A stretch of DNA of 64,000 nt from the IMG/VR virus record IMGVR_UViG_3300046315_000035; one strand, given 5' to 3'. The notes below the pieces were generated by a model. That model did no database searches, was not told the origin of the DNA, and saw only the letters and a list, made by a program, of their open reading frames with translations. Shown piece by piece: positions 9,687 to 19,230 of this stretch (position 1 is the stretch's first letter; each line of letters opens with the position of its first letter). The DNA is from a virus (Duplodnaviria; Heunggongvirae; Uroviricota; Caudoviricetes). The position numbers were made by a program, and so were the translations under genes.

Positions 9687-10700
9687 ATGCAAACTCGTAG
9701 TTTTGAAAAACCATTTGAACTAGTCGATTACACAGAAGAACTACTCTTAGTTCCTAATAAGTGGGGCTTGATCAATGAATTAGGTCTATTCGGTGAAGAA
9801 GGCGTAGCTCAACACAGCGTTACCGTTGAATCCAGCGAAGGTACTCTCGGTCTAGTTACCGATAAGGTCCGTGGTGAGCGCAATAACGTAGCTAAGAGCG
9901 ATACTCGTGCTCTACGTTCATTCCCTATCCCGCACTTCCCAATGGATGACGCTGTTAAGCCAGAAGATGTCCAAGGTAAACGTGCTTACGGTTCCGCTGA
10001 TCAAGCCGAAACTGAAGCTGCTGTTATCGCTCGTAAGCTAGAGCGTATCCGTATGAACCACTCAGTAACTCTAGAAGCTGCTCGTGCCTTCGCAATTACT
10101 GCTGGTGCTATCTACGCTCCTAACGGCACTGTATCTGGTAACTTCTACACAGACTTTGGTATCACACGTAAGTCAATCGACTTCGTACTAGGTACTACTA
10201 CTACTGACCTAAACGCTAAGTCAGAAGAAGGTATTGCTCACATTCAAGACACCATCCAAAGCGGTGAAGTCGTTAGCAACATCATCGTACTTTGCTCACC
10301 TGCTTTCTTCGGCAAGTTGATCAATCACGCTACTGTTAAAGAAGCTTACAAGTATTACTCTAGCACTCAAGAGCCACTACGTAACCGTCTAGGTTCCGGT
10401 GTATATCGCCGTTTCGTACACGGTGGTGTTGAGTACATCGAATACCGTGGTTCTTACAACGGTACTGCTCTAATCCCTGCTGGTGAAGCTTACATGCTAC
10501 CACAAGGTACTGCTGACATGTTCAAGACCTATTTTAGCCCTGCTAACAAGTTCAGCCATGTTAACACAATTGGTGAGCAAGCCTATGTCTTTACCTACAA
10601 AGACCCCAAGGATAGCGAAATCCAAATTCAATCTGAAGCAAACTTCTTGAACCTAATCCGTAGACCTCAAGCTGTTGTTCAATTGACAACTTCTAACTAA
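9687..10700 (+). CDS. major capsid protein (lambda gpE-like, 337 aa)
   Basis: Size and position after the scaffold and decoration genes, strong RBS TAAGGAA, and high-expression codon usage. Confidence 0.7.
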   Translation: MQTRSFEKPFELVDYTEELLLVPNKWGLINELGLFGEEGVAQHSVTVESSEGTLGLVTDKVRGERNNVAKSDTRALRSFPIPHFPMDDAVKPEDVQGKRAYGSADQAETEAAVIARKLERIRMNHSVTLEAARAFAITAGAIYAPNGTVSGNFYTDFGITRKSIDFVLGTTTTDLNAKSEEGIAHIQDTIQSGEVVSNIIVLCSPAFFGKLINHATVKEAYKYYSSTQEPLRNRLGSGVYRRFVHGGVEYIEYRGSYNGTALIPAGEAYMLPQGTADMFKTYFSPANKFSHVNTIGEQAYVFTYKDPKDSEIQIQSEANFLNLIRRPQAVVQLTTSN

Positions 10701-10717
10701 TCATTAGATAATTAGAT

Positions 10718-10733
10718 TGCCTCTTCGGAGGCA
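10718..10733 (+). other. stable RNA hairpin with UUCG tetraloop (tgcctc-ttcg-gaggca)
   Basis: 6-bp stem closing a UUCG loop and no U-tract, so it is not a canonical terminator. Confidence 0.4.
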
Positions 10734-10875
10734 TCTAACATTAGTCTTGCGTTGTAACAAATCTTATGTTATAATTCAAGATTAATGTTAGATAAATTAG
10801 CTAGGCTGATCCCCGAAAAGAACTACTATCCACAGTTCCTGCTAATATATTTTAGTGGAAATTTCGGGAGAAATT

Positions 10876-11400
10876 ATGTATAAAATATGTGGAAAATGTA
10901 AACAAGAGAAATTGTTTTCAGAGTTTTTTAGAGATAATTCCAAGATAGACGGTTTTCGTACAGATTGTAAAGTTTGTAGAAAAGAATACCAGAGAGTTTG
11001 GAGAGAATTAAATAAACAAACTGTTGCAACATATATGCAGGATTGGTATGTTGAAAATAGAGAATCAGTTTTAAGTTATAGAGAATTAAATAAAGATAAA
11101 ATCTCAAATTATTATAAAAAGAATAGACATAAATATAATTCTCATGCAGCAAAAAGAAGAGCTTCTAAATTAAATGCCACACCTAAATGGTTAACAACTG
11201 GAGATATTGATTCAATTCAGTATCTATATAACTTAGCTAAACAATTAGAATTAAAATTTAACATATCTTATCATGTAGATCACATTGTGCCTCTTATCAG
11301 TGATAAAGTTTGTGGTCTACATGTGCCGTGGAATCTTCAAGTTATTCCTGCAAAAGAAAATTTAACTAAATCAAATAAATTACAGGAAGATACAGTATGA
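10876..11400 (+). CDS. HNH homing endonuclease with N-terminal CxxC..CKxC zinc module
   Basis: C-terminal HVDHIVPLISDKVCGLHVPWNLQVIPAKENLTKSNK is an HNH motif. The N-terminus carries YKICGKCK..CKVCRK. ATG at 10876 has a GGGAGA RBS. Confidence 0.7.
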   Translation: MYKICGKCKQEKLFSEFFRDNSKIDGFRTDCKVCRKEYQRVWRELNKQTVATYMQDWYVENRESVLSYRELNKDKISNYYKKNRHKYNSHAAKRRASKLNATPKWLTTGDIDSIQYLYNLAKQLELKFNISYHVDHIVPLISDKVCGLHVPWNLQVIPAKENLTKSNKLQEDTV

Positions 11401-11801
11401 CAATTCATGCAATAAGAATCGAACTTGGCGACACATCACCTGAATTTCCAATTATGAGTGATGAAGAATATAATTATTTTTTGAGTAAACATGATTGGAA
11501 TATTCGCAGAGCTGCAATGGATGCTGCTAAATCAATAATGCTCAAGCTTTCAATGCGTACTGATGAGACAGTTGATATTTTTTCAATTAAAGGTTCTAGT
11601 GCTGCTAAAAATTATATGTCAGCTTTGCAATTATTTATCAAGAATCCTGATCTAAATGCTCTTTATGACAAAGTGCAAGGTTATGCTGGTGGTATCTCAA
11701 AAGCAGATATGCAAGCCAATGATGCTAACTTAGATAACAACATCGTAAAAGACCCACAAGCTGAAACTTTTACTTACCGCCCTAGTTCATTCGGTATTTA
11801 A
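11397..11801 (+). CDS. hypothetical protein (head-tail connector region)
   Basis: ATGA overlap with the upstream gene; lies between the capsid and tail modules. Confidence 0.4.
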   Translation: MTIHAIRIELGDTSPEFPIMSDEEYNYFLSKHDWNIRRAAMDAAKSIMLKLSMRTDETVDIFSIKGSSAAKNYMSALQLFIKNPDLNALYDKVQGYAGGISKADMQANDANLDNNIVKDPQAETFTYRPSSFGI

Positions 11802-11815
11802 CCTAGAGGAATATT

Positions 11816-12172
11816 ATGGATAAGTACTTAGCAATAGTTCTAAAATCAATCAATACTCACGGTAAAGCTTGCAACTATTTTGTAGTTACTGAAGGTTCTT
11901 ATAATATTGAAACAGGTAGTACAACCAACACAGAAACATCATATTCTGTTAAGATGTATAAAAAGCACATTAGAGCAAGTCAGTATAATTTCCCAAATAT
12001 GATTGGTAGAGATTCTGCTTTGTTTTACCTAGCTAATAATAAACTAAGTTTTGTACCTAAAGTAAAAGATAAAATCTCTATTGATGATGTTGTATATACT
12101 GTAGAGTCGATTACAGAGCATTCTGCAGATGGTCTTGTTATTTTATACAAGATACTAACTGTAAAAGGTTAA
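11816..12172 (+). CDS. hypothetical head-tail adaptor-like protein
   Basis: Placement by position only. Confidence 0.35.
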   Translation: MDKYLAIVLKSINTHGKACNYFVVTEGSYNIETGSTTNTETSYSVKMYKKHIRASQYNFPNMIGRDSALFYLANNKLSFVPKVKDKISIDDVVYTVESITEHSADGLVILYKILTVKG

Positions 12173-12174
12173 TC

Positions 12175-12666
12175 ATGCAAGTTACATGCGATACTTCAAA
12201 ATTAGAACAAAGCTTAAAGAAGTTCCATGAAGAAGCTGTTCGTAAAATGCAAGGTATGGTGCAAAAGTTTTCATACATAGTTGCATGGACAGCTATTGAT
12301 AATACACCTCTTGGTGACTCCATCAAGTGGTTGAATCTGTATGAAAAGCGATTTGAAGAAATAGGTCTGGAACCAATCGAAGGTTTTGCAAAAGGTTCTT
12401 GGCGTGTGTCAATGGACGGTACATTAGAAATGCAAACCTTATATGGTACAGATTCTGATGAAATGGCAGCATCATTAATTAAACAAGACTTGAACCAATA
12501 CAAACTTGGTCAAACTGTAATGATCAGTAACTTTGGTCCTTATATTGTAGAGTTAGAGAAAAACTTTGACAAATATGGTAAAGGTCAACCCATCATACAA
12601 CCAACATTAGCTTCTATTTATAGAACATATCAGTTGAGTTTAGATGACTATTATAAGGCAAGCTAA
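12175..12666 (+). CDS. hypothetical neck / head-tail joining protein
   Basis: Placement by position only. Confidence 0.35.
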   Translation: MQVTCDTSKLEQSLKKFHEEAVRKMQGMVQKFSYIVAWTAIDNTPLGDSIKWLNLYEKRFEEIGLEPIEGFAKGSWRVSMDGTLEMQTLYGTDSDEMAASLIKQDLNQYKLGQTVMISNFGPYIVELEKNFDKYGKGQPIIQPTLASIYRTYQLSLDDYYKAS

Positions 12667-13073
12667 TGGCAATTATAGAAATTAAAAGAGCAGCCGAACG
12701 TAAACTAAATGCATTAACTCCTGTTGTATCTACTGCATGGGAAGGTGTTACTTTTGAACCTCCTGTTGGATTATACCAACGAGTTCAGTTTACGATTCAA
12801 ACTCCAGATGATCCTGTGCTTGGTACAGGTTTTCACAGAGAGCGCATGACACTACAAGTATTTGTTGTAGGTGCTGCAAACAAAGGAACTTCAGAAGTCA
12901 TAAATCGTGCTGAACTGATTCGTAATCATTTTGCAAAAGGTTTAGTATTACAAGAAGGTAACGTAAAGATTCATGTGTTAAAAACGCCACAAATTGCTGG
13001 TAACACTGTTGTATCTGAAAGAGTAATCTGTCCAGTTCTAATTGAATTAGTAGCTGAAGTTTATTCTTATTGA
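12666..13073 (+). CDS. hypothetical tail completion protein
   Basis: ATGG overlap with the upstream gene; the last gene before the major tail protein. Confidence 0.35.
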   Translation: MAIIEIKRAAERKLNALTPVVSTAWEGVTFEPPVGLYQRVQFTIQTPDDPVLGTGFHRERMTLQVFVVGAANKGTSEVINRAELIRNHFAKGLVLQEGNVKIHVLKTPQIAGNTVVSERVICPVLIELVAEVYSY

Positions 13074-13137
13074 ATCATGGTTGCTGAACCTAAATCAGTA
13101 CATTTGCAAATGTGAAATTTAAATTAAGGAAATTATT

Positions 13138-14346
13138 ATGGCAATCTCAAAAGGTACATCAAAAGTTGTAGCTTACAAAAAAGAAAGCGCATGGGGTACT
13201 CTAGCTGGTAATACATCTGGTAAGCTACTTCGCCGTGTAACTGCTAGTTTTAACCTAGTAAAAGAAGCTTATGAATCCGGTGAGATTCGTACTGATCGTC
13301 AAATCGCTGATTACCGTCACGGTGTACGTTCTGCTGAAGGTAGCTTGAATGGTGAACTATCACCTGCATCATATGCTGATTTCATGGGTTCTATTGTAGG
13401 TCGTGATTTTACTACTGCTCCTGTATCTGGTACAGCTTCTGTTACAATCGCTGCTACTGGTGCTCTTTATACAGTAACTCGTGCTACTGGTGATTTCTTA
13501 ACCGATGGTTTTAAAGTTGGTCAAGTTGTTCGTTTAACTGCCGCTGGTCTAGATGCTGCTAACGTAGCTAAGAACTTGCTAATCGCTGCTGCTACCGCTA
13601 CTGTTCTAACTGTTAAAGTTGTAAACGGTTCGGCATTAGTCGCAGAAGGTCCAATCGCTTCTGTAACAGTAACTGCTGTTGGTAAAACAACTTTGGTTCC
13701 TACTTCTGCTCACACTGATCAATCATATACTGTAGAAGAATTTTATAGTGATATCGCTCAGTCAGAAGTTTACACTGGTATGAAATTAAACAGTATGGCT
13801 GTGCAGTTACCTGCTACTGGTCTAACAACTGTTGACTTTGGTTTCGCTGGTAAAGACCTAACACAAACTGGCACAACTCAATACTTCACTTCACCTACTG
13901 CACAGAACTCCAACGGTATTTTCGCTGCTGTAAACGGTGTCATGCTTGTTGACGGTCTACCTGTTGCTCTAGTAACTTCTGCTGACTTCTCAGTCGAACG
14001 TGCTACTGAAAATGCAACTGCTGTAGGCTCTAACTCTGTAGCTGAGATTTTCACTGGTCGTATTCGTGTTACTGGTAACATGAGCGTTTACTTCCAAGAT
14101 GCTGCCTTCCGTACTTACTTCGATGCCGAGACTCCTGTTTCAGTCGTATTGACTCTAACTACAGATAGTGCTGCTAACTCTGAGTTTGTAACATTCACAA
14201 TGCCTAAAGTTAAACTAGGTAGCTTCACAAAAGATGACGGTGAATTAGGTATCATCGCTTCAGCAAGTTTCCAAGCTTTGTTCAACGATGTAACAACTGC
14301 TGGTCTACCTGCTACTACACTTCAAATCCAAGATTCTGCAGCTTAA
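13138..14346 (+). CDS. major tail (tube) protein, 402 aa
   Basis: Strong RBS AAGGAAA, high-expression Ala/Thr/Val-rich composition, and position upstream of the chaperone pair and tape measure. Confidence 0.6.
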   Translation: MAISKGTSKVVAYKKESAWGTLAGNTSGKLLRRVTASFNLVKEAYESGEIRTDRQIADYRHGVRSAEGSLNGELSPASYADFMGSIVGRDFTTAPVSGTASVTIAATGALYTVTRATGDFLTDGFKVGQVVRLTAAGLDAANVAKNLLIAAATATVLTVKVVNGSALVAEGPIASVTVTAVGKTTLVPTSAHTDQSYTVEEFYSDIAQSEVYTGMKLNSMAVQLPATGLTTVDFGFAGKDLTQTGTTQYFTSPTAQNSNGIFAAVNGVMLVDGLPVALVTSADFSVERATENATAVGSNSVAEIFTGRIRVTGNMSVYFQDAAFRTYFDAETPVSVVLTLTTDSAANSEFVTFTMPKVKLGSFTKDDGELGIIASASFQALFNDVTTAGLPATTLQIQDSAA

Positions 14347-14373
14347 TAACCTGTTATTATAACTTGATGATTA

Positions 14374-14406
14374 CCCCTTGGTCAAAAGCCGAGGGGTTTT
14401 TCTTTT
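14374..14406 (+). terminator. rho-independent terminator
   Basis: Stem ccccttgg / ccgagggg with loop tcaaaag, followed by tttttctttt. Confidence 0.6.
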
Positions 14407-14417
14407 GTTTACACCTC

Positions 14418-14446
14418 TTGCTTTATCTTAGAAATTGTGCTATAAT
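14418..14446 (+). promoter_or_regulatory. sigma70-like promoter, TTGCTT-17-TGcTATAAT
   Basis: -35 TTGCTT at 14418-14423, a 17-bp spacer, and an extended -10 TGCTATAAT at 14438-14446. Confidence 0.5.
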
Positions 14447-14477
14447 CATTACTTCATTAACATAGAAAGGAACTATT

Positions 14478-14891
14478 ATGACATTCGATTTAGCAAAACA
14501 TAATTACACAGAGATTGCAGAAGTAGGTTACAAATTTGAACTAAAGCTTCCCGGTACTGGTGAAGGTACTGGCGTATTTATTACTGTTCGTGGTGATCAA
14601 TCCAAAACAGTTAAAGCTTTTGGTCGCAAAAAGTACAGCGAATTTAAACTTCGTGAGCAACAAGCTAAACGCAGAGGTAAAGAAGCAGAAGACATGACAC
14701 TAGATGAAGCTGAAGAACTCAGTATTGAATCTGCAGTTATTCGTGTTATCGCTTGGGAAAACATTACTGAAAATGGTAAAGAAGTTCCATTCACAAAAGA
14801 AAATGCAGAACGTATCTTCAAAGAATACTCTTGGATTAAAGACCAAGTTATGGAGGAAGCAGGTCAACTGTTAAACTTTCGATCAGAGTGA
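14478..14891 (+). CDS. tail assembly chaperone (G-like)
   Basis: Located immediately upstream of the tape measure gene and forming an overlapping ORF pair with 14875-15270. Confidence 0.5.
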   Translation: MTFDLAKHNYTEIAEVGYKFELKLPGTGEGTGVFITVRGDQSKTVKAFGRKKYSEFKLREQQAKRRGKEAEDMTLDEAEELSIESAVIRVIAWENITENGKEVPFTKENAERIFKEYSWIKDQVMEEAGQLLNFRSE

Positions 14892-15270
14892 AATAGAAGA
14901 CGCTGTAGCTTTTGCAAAACAAGAATTTGAACTTAGTAGAAAATCAGGTAGTTCAGGAACTTTGAGAGATCAGCTTAATTCAGTATGGAGACAAACAGGT
15001 GTTAAACCTGCAGAACTAGAAGACATTAAAGATTTACCTGAAAGTTGTTTACAAGTTTGGAAATGGTTTATTGATCTAAACAACTCCAGATCATCAAATG
15101 GTTTTGGAGTTAATCCGATATCCTATTCAGATATTAAATCTTATTTTGATCTTATAGGTATTGAACTTGAAGAATGGGAATTGTACTTGATTAAAAGATT
15201 AGATCAAGAATCAATGTCCTCTTACGCAAAAGAAGCAGAGTTAGAGCGAAAGAAATCCTCTAAGAAATAA
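14875..15270 (+). CDS. tail assembly chaperone T-frame segment (possible G-T fusion by +1 frameshift)
   Basis: The +1 frame is open from 14875 and overlaps the end of the G ORF. The only ATG-less start is TTG at 14962. UUU-CGA at 14877-14882 is a candidate shift site. Confidence 0.35.
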   Translation, partial: TFDQSEIEDAVAFAKQEFELSRKSGSSGTLRDQLNSVWRQTGVKPAELEDIKDLPESCLQVWKWFIDLNNSRSSNGFGVNPISYSDIKSYFDLIGIELEEWELYLIKRLDQESMSSYAKEAELERKKSSKK

Positions 15271-15280
15271 TAGGTGCTTT

Positions 15281-15298
15281 GGTTTACTTCGGTAAATC
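15281..15298 (+). other. RNA hairpin with UUCG tetraloop (ggtttac-ttcg-gtaaatc)
   Basis: 7-bp stem including one G-U pair, no U-tract; located in the leader of the tape measure gene. Confidence 0.35.
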
Positions 15299-15367
15299 AG
15301 AGCTTCTATATTTGTAAATCTGCATGGTTTATAAATATAGAATTCCGTTATAACAGGAGAAAGTGCT

Positions 15368-18300
15368 ATGGATTTAGCAGAATTAAAGTTCGTAGTTGAT
15401 ACGAAGCAATTAGAAGAGGCAGCTAAAAAAGTTGCTGAGTTAGGTACTGCGGTATCTAAAGTAAATAAGCCGATGCAAGATTTAAATAAAGAATCTGCAA
15501 AGACTAACAAAGAATTATCTAAGTCTCAGGAAGCTGCTGCAAAAGCTGCAATTGCTCAACTGAAATTAGAACAAGCACAAAATAAATCTACAGACGCAAT
15601 TGGTAAATCAGCATCTGTATTAGAGCGTCAAAACCTTATCCTTGAATACATGGCTCAAGGTAACTCAAAAGGTCAAGCGTCAATCTTGGCTACAGCAAAA
15701 GCTGCTGGTGCTTTAGATGATGAAATGCTGCAGTTAAACAACACGTTGAAAACACAACGTACTCTAATCGGTGGTGATCCATTTGATAAGAGCATTGGTT
15801 TGATGCAAAAGCTTCAGAACGAATATAAGACAACTAATGAAGTTAGCAATTTATTCAATAAGAATTTAGGTCTAACTGAAAAACAAATGATAGACCTTGC
15901 TCGTGAAAAAGAGCGTTTGATTGCTTTGTATAGCATCGAAGGTAAAAGTCTAAATGGTCTTTCTGCTGAGTATGATCAATTGATTCGTAAGAGCGTAGAG
16001 ATCAACCAAGCTAATGATGCTCGTACCAATAGTATGAAGGCTCAGATTAAAGCACAAAATGATACAGCAAAAGCCAATGATTATCTTGCCTCTGAGATGG
16101 ATAGAGTTAATCGATTAACTGAATCTAATGGTGCAGTCACAAATGGTGTTAACAACAAGCTAATTAAGTTTGAACAAGCATTAAAGCAATCTGGTCAAAC
16201 CGCTGCTCAACAAGTTGTTGCTTTAGAAAAGTACAAAGCAAGTTTAATGTCGATTCAAAAAGCAGGTGGTGATCGTCAAGTTGACTATCTCTCCAGAGCT
16301 TTAGGTCCACAGATTACCGATATTTTCGTAGGTCTTACCACAGGTCAATCACCAATGATGGTGTTGTTGCAACAAGGTGGTCAGTTACGAGATCAGTTTG
16401 CGTTAGCTGGTGTTGCTGGTAAAGACATGGGTGATATGCTTACTAAAGCTACTCTAGGTATGGTTAGTAGCGTTAAAGATGTCGGAATTGCCGTTGGTAG
16501 TGCCTTGGGTGGTGCGTTCTTAGCTGCAGGTAAAAATGTTCTAACATTTGTAGGTAATGTCACAGGTGCAAACTTAGCACTTGACGCATTAAGAAAGTAT
16601 ATTGTTTCTACAGGTGAAGCCAGTTTTGGTTTCATTGGTAATTTAAATAAAGTTGCTGCAGTTCTTTCAATGATGGCTGGTGTAATCGTTGCAAGTGCAA
16701 TCGCTGCTTTTGTTGCATACGGTGTTGCTCTAAAACAAGTTATTGCAGAAGAGTCAGCACTATCAAAAGCTATTAACCTTACCGGAGGTTCTTTAGGTCT
16801 TACTACAAATTCTGCAATGGCACTATCAAAAGAATTGGCTGGTTCTAAAGGTAACATTGGTTCATACGTTACTGCAATTACTGAAATTGCTAAAGCTGGT
16901 GGTATTACTTCTGATAATTTAAGAACAGTAGCTACTACAATTGTTGAAGTTAGTAAGATTACTGGTATAAGTGCTGAAACTCTTGCAAAGAACTTTAGTA
17001 AGATTTCAGAAAAACCATTAGAAGGTTTAATTCCTTTTGCTAAAGAATTAGGTACAATCAATGTTTCTGTACTTAGACATATTCAAGAATTAGAACGTGC
17101 AGGTAAGTATACTGAAGCTGCTAAAGTGTCAACTGAAGCATATGCCAAAGCATTAAAAGATGTAGCTGGTGTTATCAAAGAAGACATGGGAGCTATTGAA
17201 ACTATTTTCTCTGGTATTGGTAGCACTGCTAAATCAATGTGGGATGCTATTCTCAATGTTGGTCGTAAAGGTACTTTAGAAGATCAAATGAAAGAAGCAG
17301 TTTCATCTTTGATGGAAGCTCAAAAAGGTAAATCTTGGTATTCTAGATTTGGTAGAACAAATGAAGAAGAAGTAAAATACTACGAAGAGATCGTACAAAG
17401 TCTTGGTAAACAAATTAATGCACAAAAAGAATTAGGTGCTGAGAAAGCTAAAAATTCTGCCGATGTTACTAAGTTGGAAAAAGGTCTTAAGGACGAAGAA
17501 GCTAAACGTAAAAAAGCTGAATCTGATGCTAAAAAAGCAGCGAATGATTTTGCACAAGCTTTAGAAACAGCTAATAAGTTTTATCAAACACAAGTTGGAG
17601 CCGTTGAAGATTTAACAAAGTCTGAAATAGCTTTGAATAAAGTAAGAGAAAGCGATGTTTATAAATCCTTTACTGCTGAACAGAAGAAACAAATTGATGC
17701 TATTTACGGATCAGCAAAAGCTAATGAAGTACTAGTTCAATCTGAAAAAGATGCAAAAGATGCTTTAGAACTTAAGAACAAACTACTTGGTAAAGCTGAT
17801 GGTCTTGGTAAAGAGTATTATAACACTATTGATCTAATTAACAAGTATGCTAAAGAAGGTAGATTCGGTGCAGATGAAGTTCTACAACTTAAAGCTGCTC
17901 TTGAAGCCACAACACCAGAAGCAAAACGTCTAGCTGCTGCACAGGCTGAAAGTGCTAAAGCAATGGCTGGCATTGCCGCTGATCGTGCTAACGTTGCTGC
18001 TGAATACGGTGGTGATTTTAAAACCAATGATGAAAAAGCTGCAATTAAGAATCTATCAGATTACCGCAAGAAAACTGCACAAGCTGATGCTGAGTATCAG
18101 AAACAACTTTCTGATGCAGGTGTTAACATTGGGTGGGAAGAATGGGCAATGTATCAGCAACAAGCCGATGCTAAGAAAGCTCTAGCTGAAGAAACTTATA
18201 ACAGAGAACAGTATTTGCTAAGTGATGGTTACAAACGTAATCAGGCTTATGCTACTGCATTCGAAGACTTGTTCAAAGGTATGGGTGATGCACTCGTAGA

Positions 18301-18865
18301 TTTTGCACTAACAGGTAAGACATCATTCTCTGAAATGGTTAATTCCATGATCGTAGGATTGATTAAACTTGAGATGCAAATGGCAATGACCAACATGTAT
18401 AAATCTATGGGTGGCTCTCAAGGTATCATCTCTACTATTACTTCTGCATTTACAGGTACACCAGTTGCTTCTGCTAAAGGTAATGTGTTTGACTCAGGTA
18501 ACATGCAAGCATTCGCCAAAGGTGGTGCATTCACAAACGGTATTGTAAGCTCACCAACAAGTTTTAACATGGGTCTAATGGGTGAGGCTGGACCAGAAGC
18601 TATTATGCCTTTACGCAGGGGTTCTGACGGTTCCTTGGGTGTTGCTGCTTCAGGTGGTTCATCTGGCGGTAACGTTTCTGTACAAGTTATCAACAACAGT
18701 TCTTCACAAGCTACTACTAGTGAAACAACTGATTCTAAAGGCAACCGTAAGATTGAAGTATTAATTGGTGATATGACTGCTGGTGAAATTTCACGCAGCG
18801 GTAGTGCTTCACAAAAATCTATCAAGTCTACATTCGGTATTCAACCTCAACTAATTCGGAGATAA
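15368..18865 (+). CDS. tail tape measure protein (1165 aa)
   Basis: Very long Ala/Lys/Glu-rich coiled-coil protein with central hydrophobic segments and a Gly-rich C-terminus, placed after the chaperone pair. Confidence 0.85.
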   Translation: MDLAELKFVVDTKQLEEAAKKVAELGTAVSKVNKPMQDLNKESAKTNKELSKSQEAAAKAAIAQLKLEQAQNKSTDAIGKSASVLERQNLILEYMAQGNSKGQASILATAKAAGALDDEMLQLNNTLKTQRTLIGGDPFDKSIGLMQKLQNEYKTTNEVSNLFNKNLGLTEKQMIDLAREKERLIALYSIEGKSLNGLSAEYDQLIRKSVEINQANDARTNSMKAQIKAQNDTAKANDYLASEMDRVNRLTESNGAVTNGVNNKLIKFEQALKQSGQTAAQQVVALEKYKASLMSIQKAGGDRQVDYLSRALGPQITDIFVGLTTGQSPMMVLLQQGGQLRDQFALAGVAGKDMGDMLTKATLGMVSSVKDVGIAVGSALGGAFLAAGKNVLTFVGNVTGANLALDALRKYIVSTGEASFGFIGNLNKVAAVLSMMAGVIVASAIAAFVAYGVALKQVIAEESALSKAINLTGGSLGLTTNSAMALSKELAGSKGNIGSYVTAITEIAKAGGITSDNLRTVATTIVEVSKITGISAETLAKNFSKISEKPLEGLIPFAKELGTINVSVLRHIQELERAGKYTEAAKVSTEAYAKALKDVAGVIKEDMGAIETIFSGIGSTAKSMWDAILNVGRKGTLEDQMKEAVSSLMEAQKGKSWYSRFGRTNEEEVKYYEEIVQSLGKQINAQKELGAEKAKNSADVTKLEKGLKDEEAKRKKAESDAKKAANDFAQALETANKFYQTQVGAVEDLTKSEIALNKVRESDVYKSFTAEQKKQIDAIYGSAKANEVLVQSEKDAKDALELKNKLLGKADGLGKEYYNTIDLINKYAKEGRFGADEVLQLKAALEATTPEAKRLAAAQAESAKAMAGIAADRANVAAEYGGDFKTNDEKAAIKNLSDYRKKTAQADAEYQKQLSDAGVNIGWEEWAMYQQQADAKKALAEETYNREQYLLSDGYKRNQAYATAFEDLFKGMGDALVDFALTGKTSFSEMVNSMIVGLIKLEMQMAMTNMYKSMGGSQGIISTITSAFTGTPVASAKGNVFDSGNMQAFAKGGAFTNGIVSSPTSFNMGLMGEAGPEAIMPLRRGSDGSLGVAASGGSSGGNVSVQVINNSSSQATTSETTDSKGNRKIEVLIGDMTAGEISRSGSASQKSIKSTFGIQPQLIRR

Positions 18866-18867
18866 TT

Positions 18868-19230
18868 ATGGCTTCTTATGTATGGCCTTCATCACTACCA
18901 CAAACACCTTTGGCTAGTTACTCAGAGACTTCTGGTGCAATTATCCTAAGAACACAGCCTGATGCTGGTCCTGCAAAGATGCGTAGAAGAGGTAAACGTC
19001 CTGATACTCTTAGTGTTCAATTCGACATGTCAAGTGCTCAAGTTGAAACACTAAGGGAATTCGCAATGGATACCTTAAGAGGTACAGTTCGTTTTGACTT
19101 CACGCACCCTAGAACATTGGAGACAGTAGAGGTTAGAATTGTACCACAACAAGATGGTGCTTTGTTTAGTCTGTCGTATCTTTTACCAGAATATTGGCAA
19201 GTCTCGTTACAATTGGAGGTACTACCTTGA
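18868..19230 (+). CDS. minor tail protein (lambda gpM-like position)
   Basis: 120 aa, directly downstream of the tape measure; RBS GGAGA. Confidence 0.5.
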   Translation: MASYVWPSSLPQTPLASYSETSGAIILRTQPDAGPAKMRRRGKRPDTLSVQFDMSSAQVETLREFAMDTLRGTVRFDFTHPRTLETVEVRIVPQQDGALFSLSYLLPEYWQVSLQLEVLP

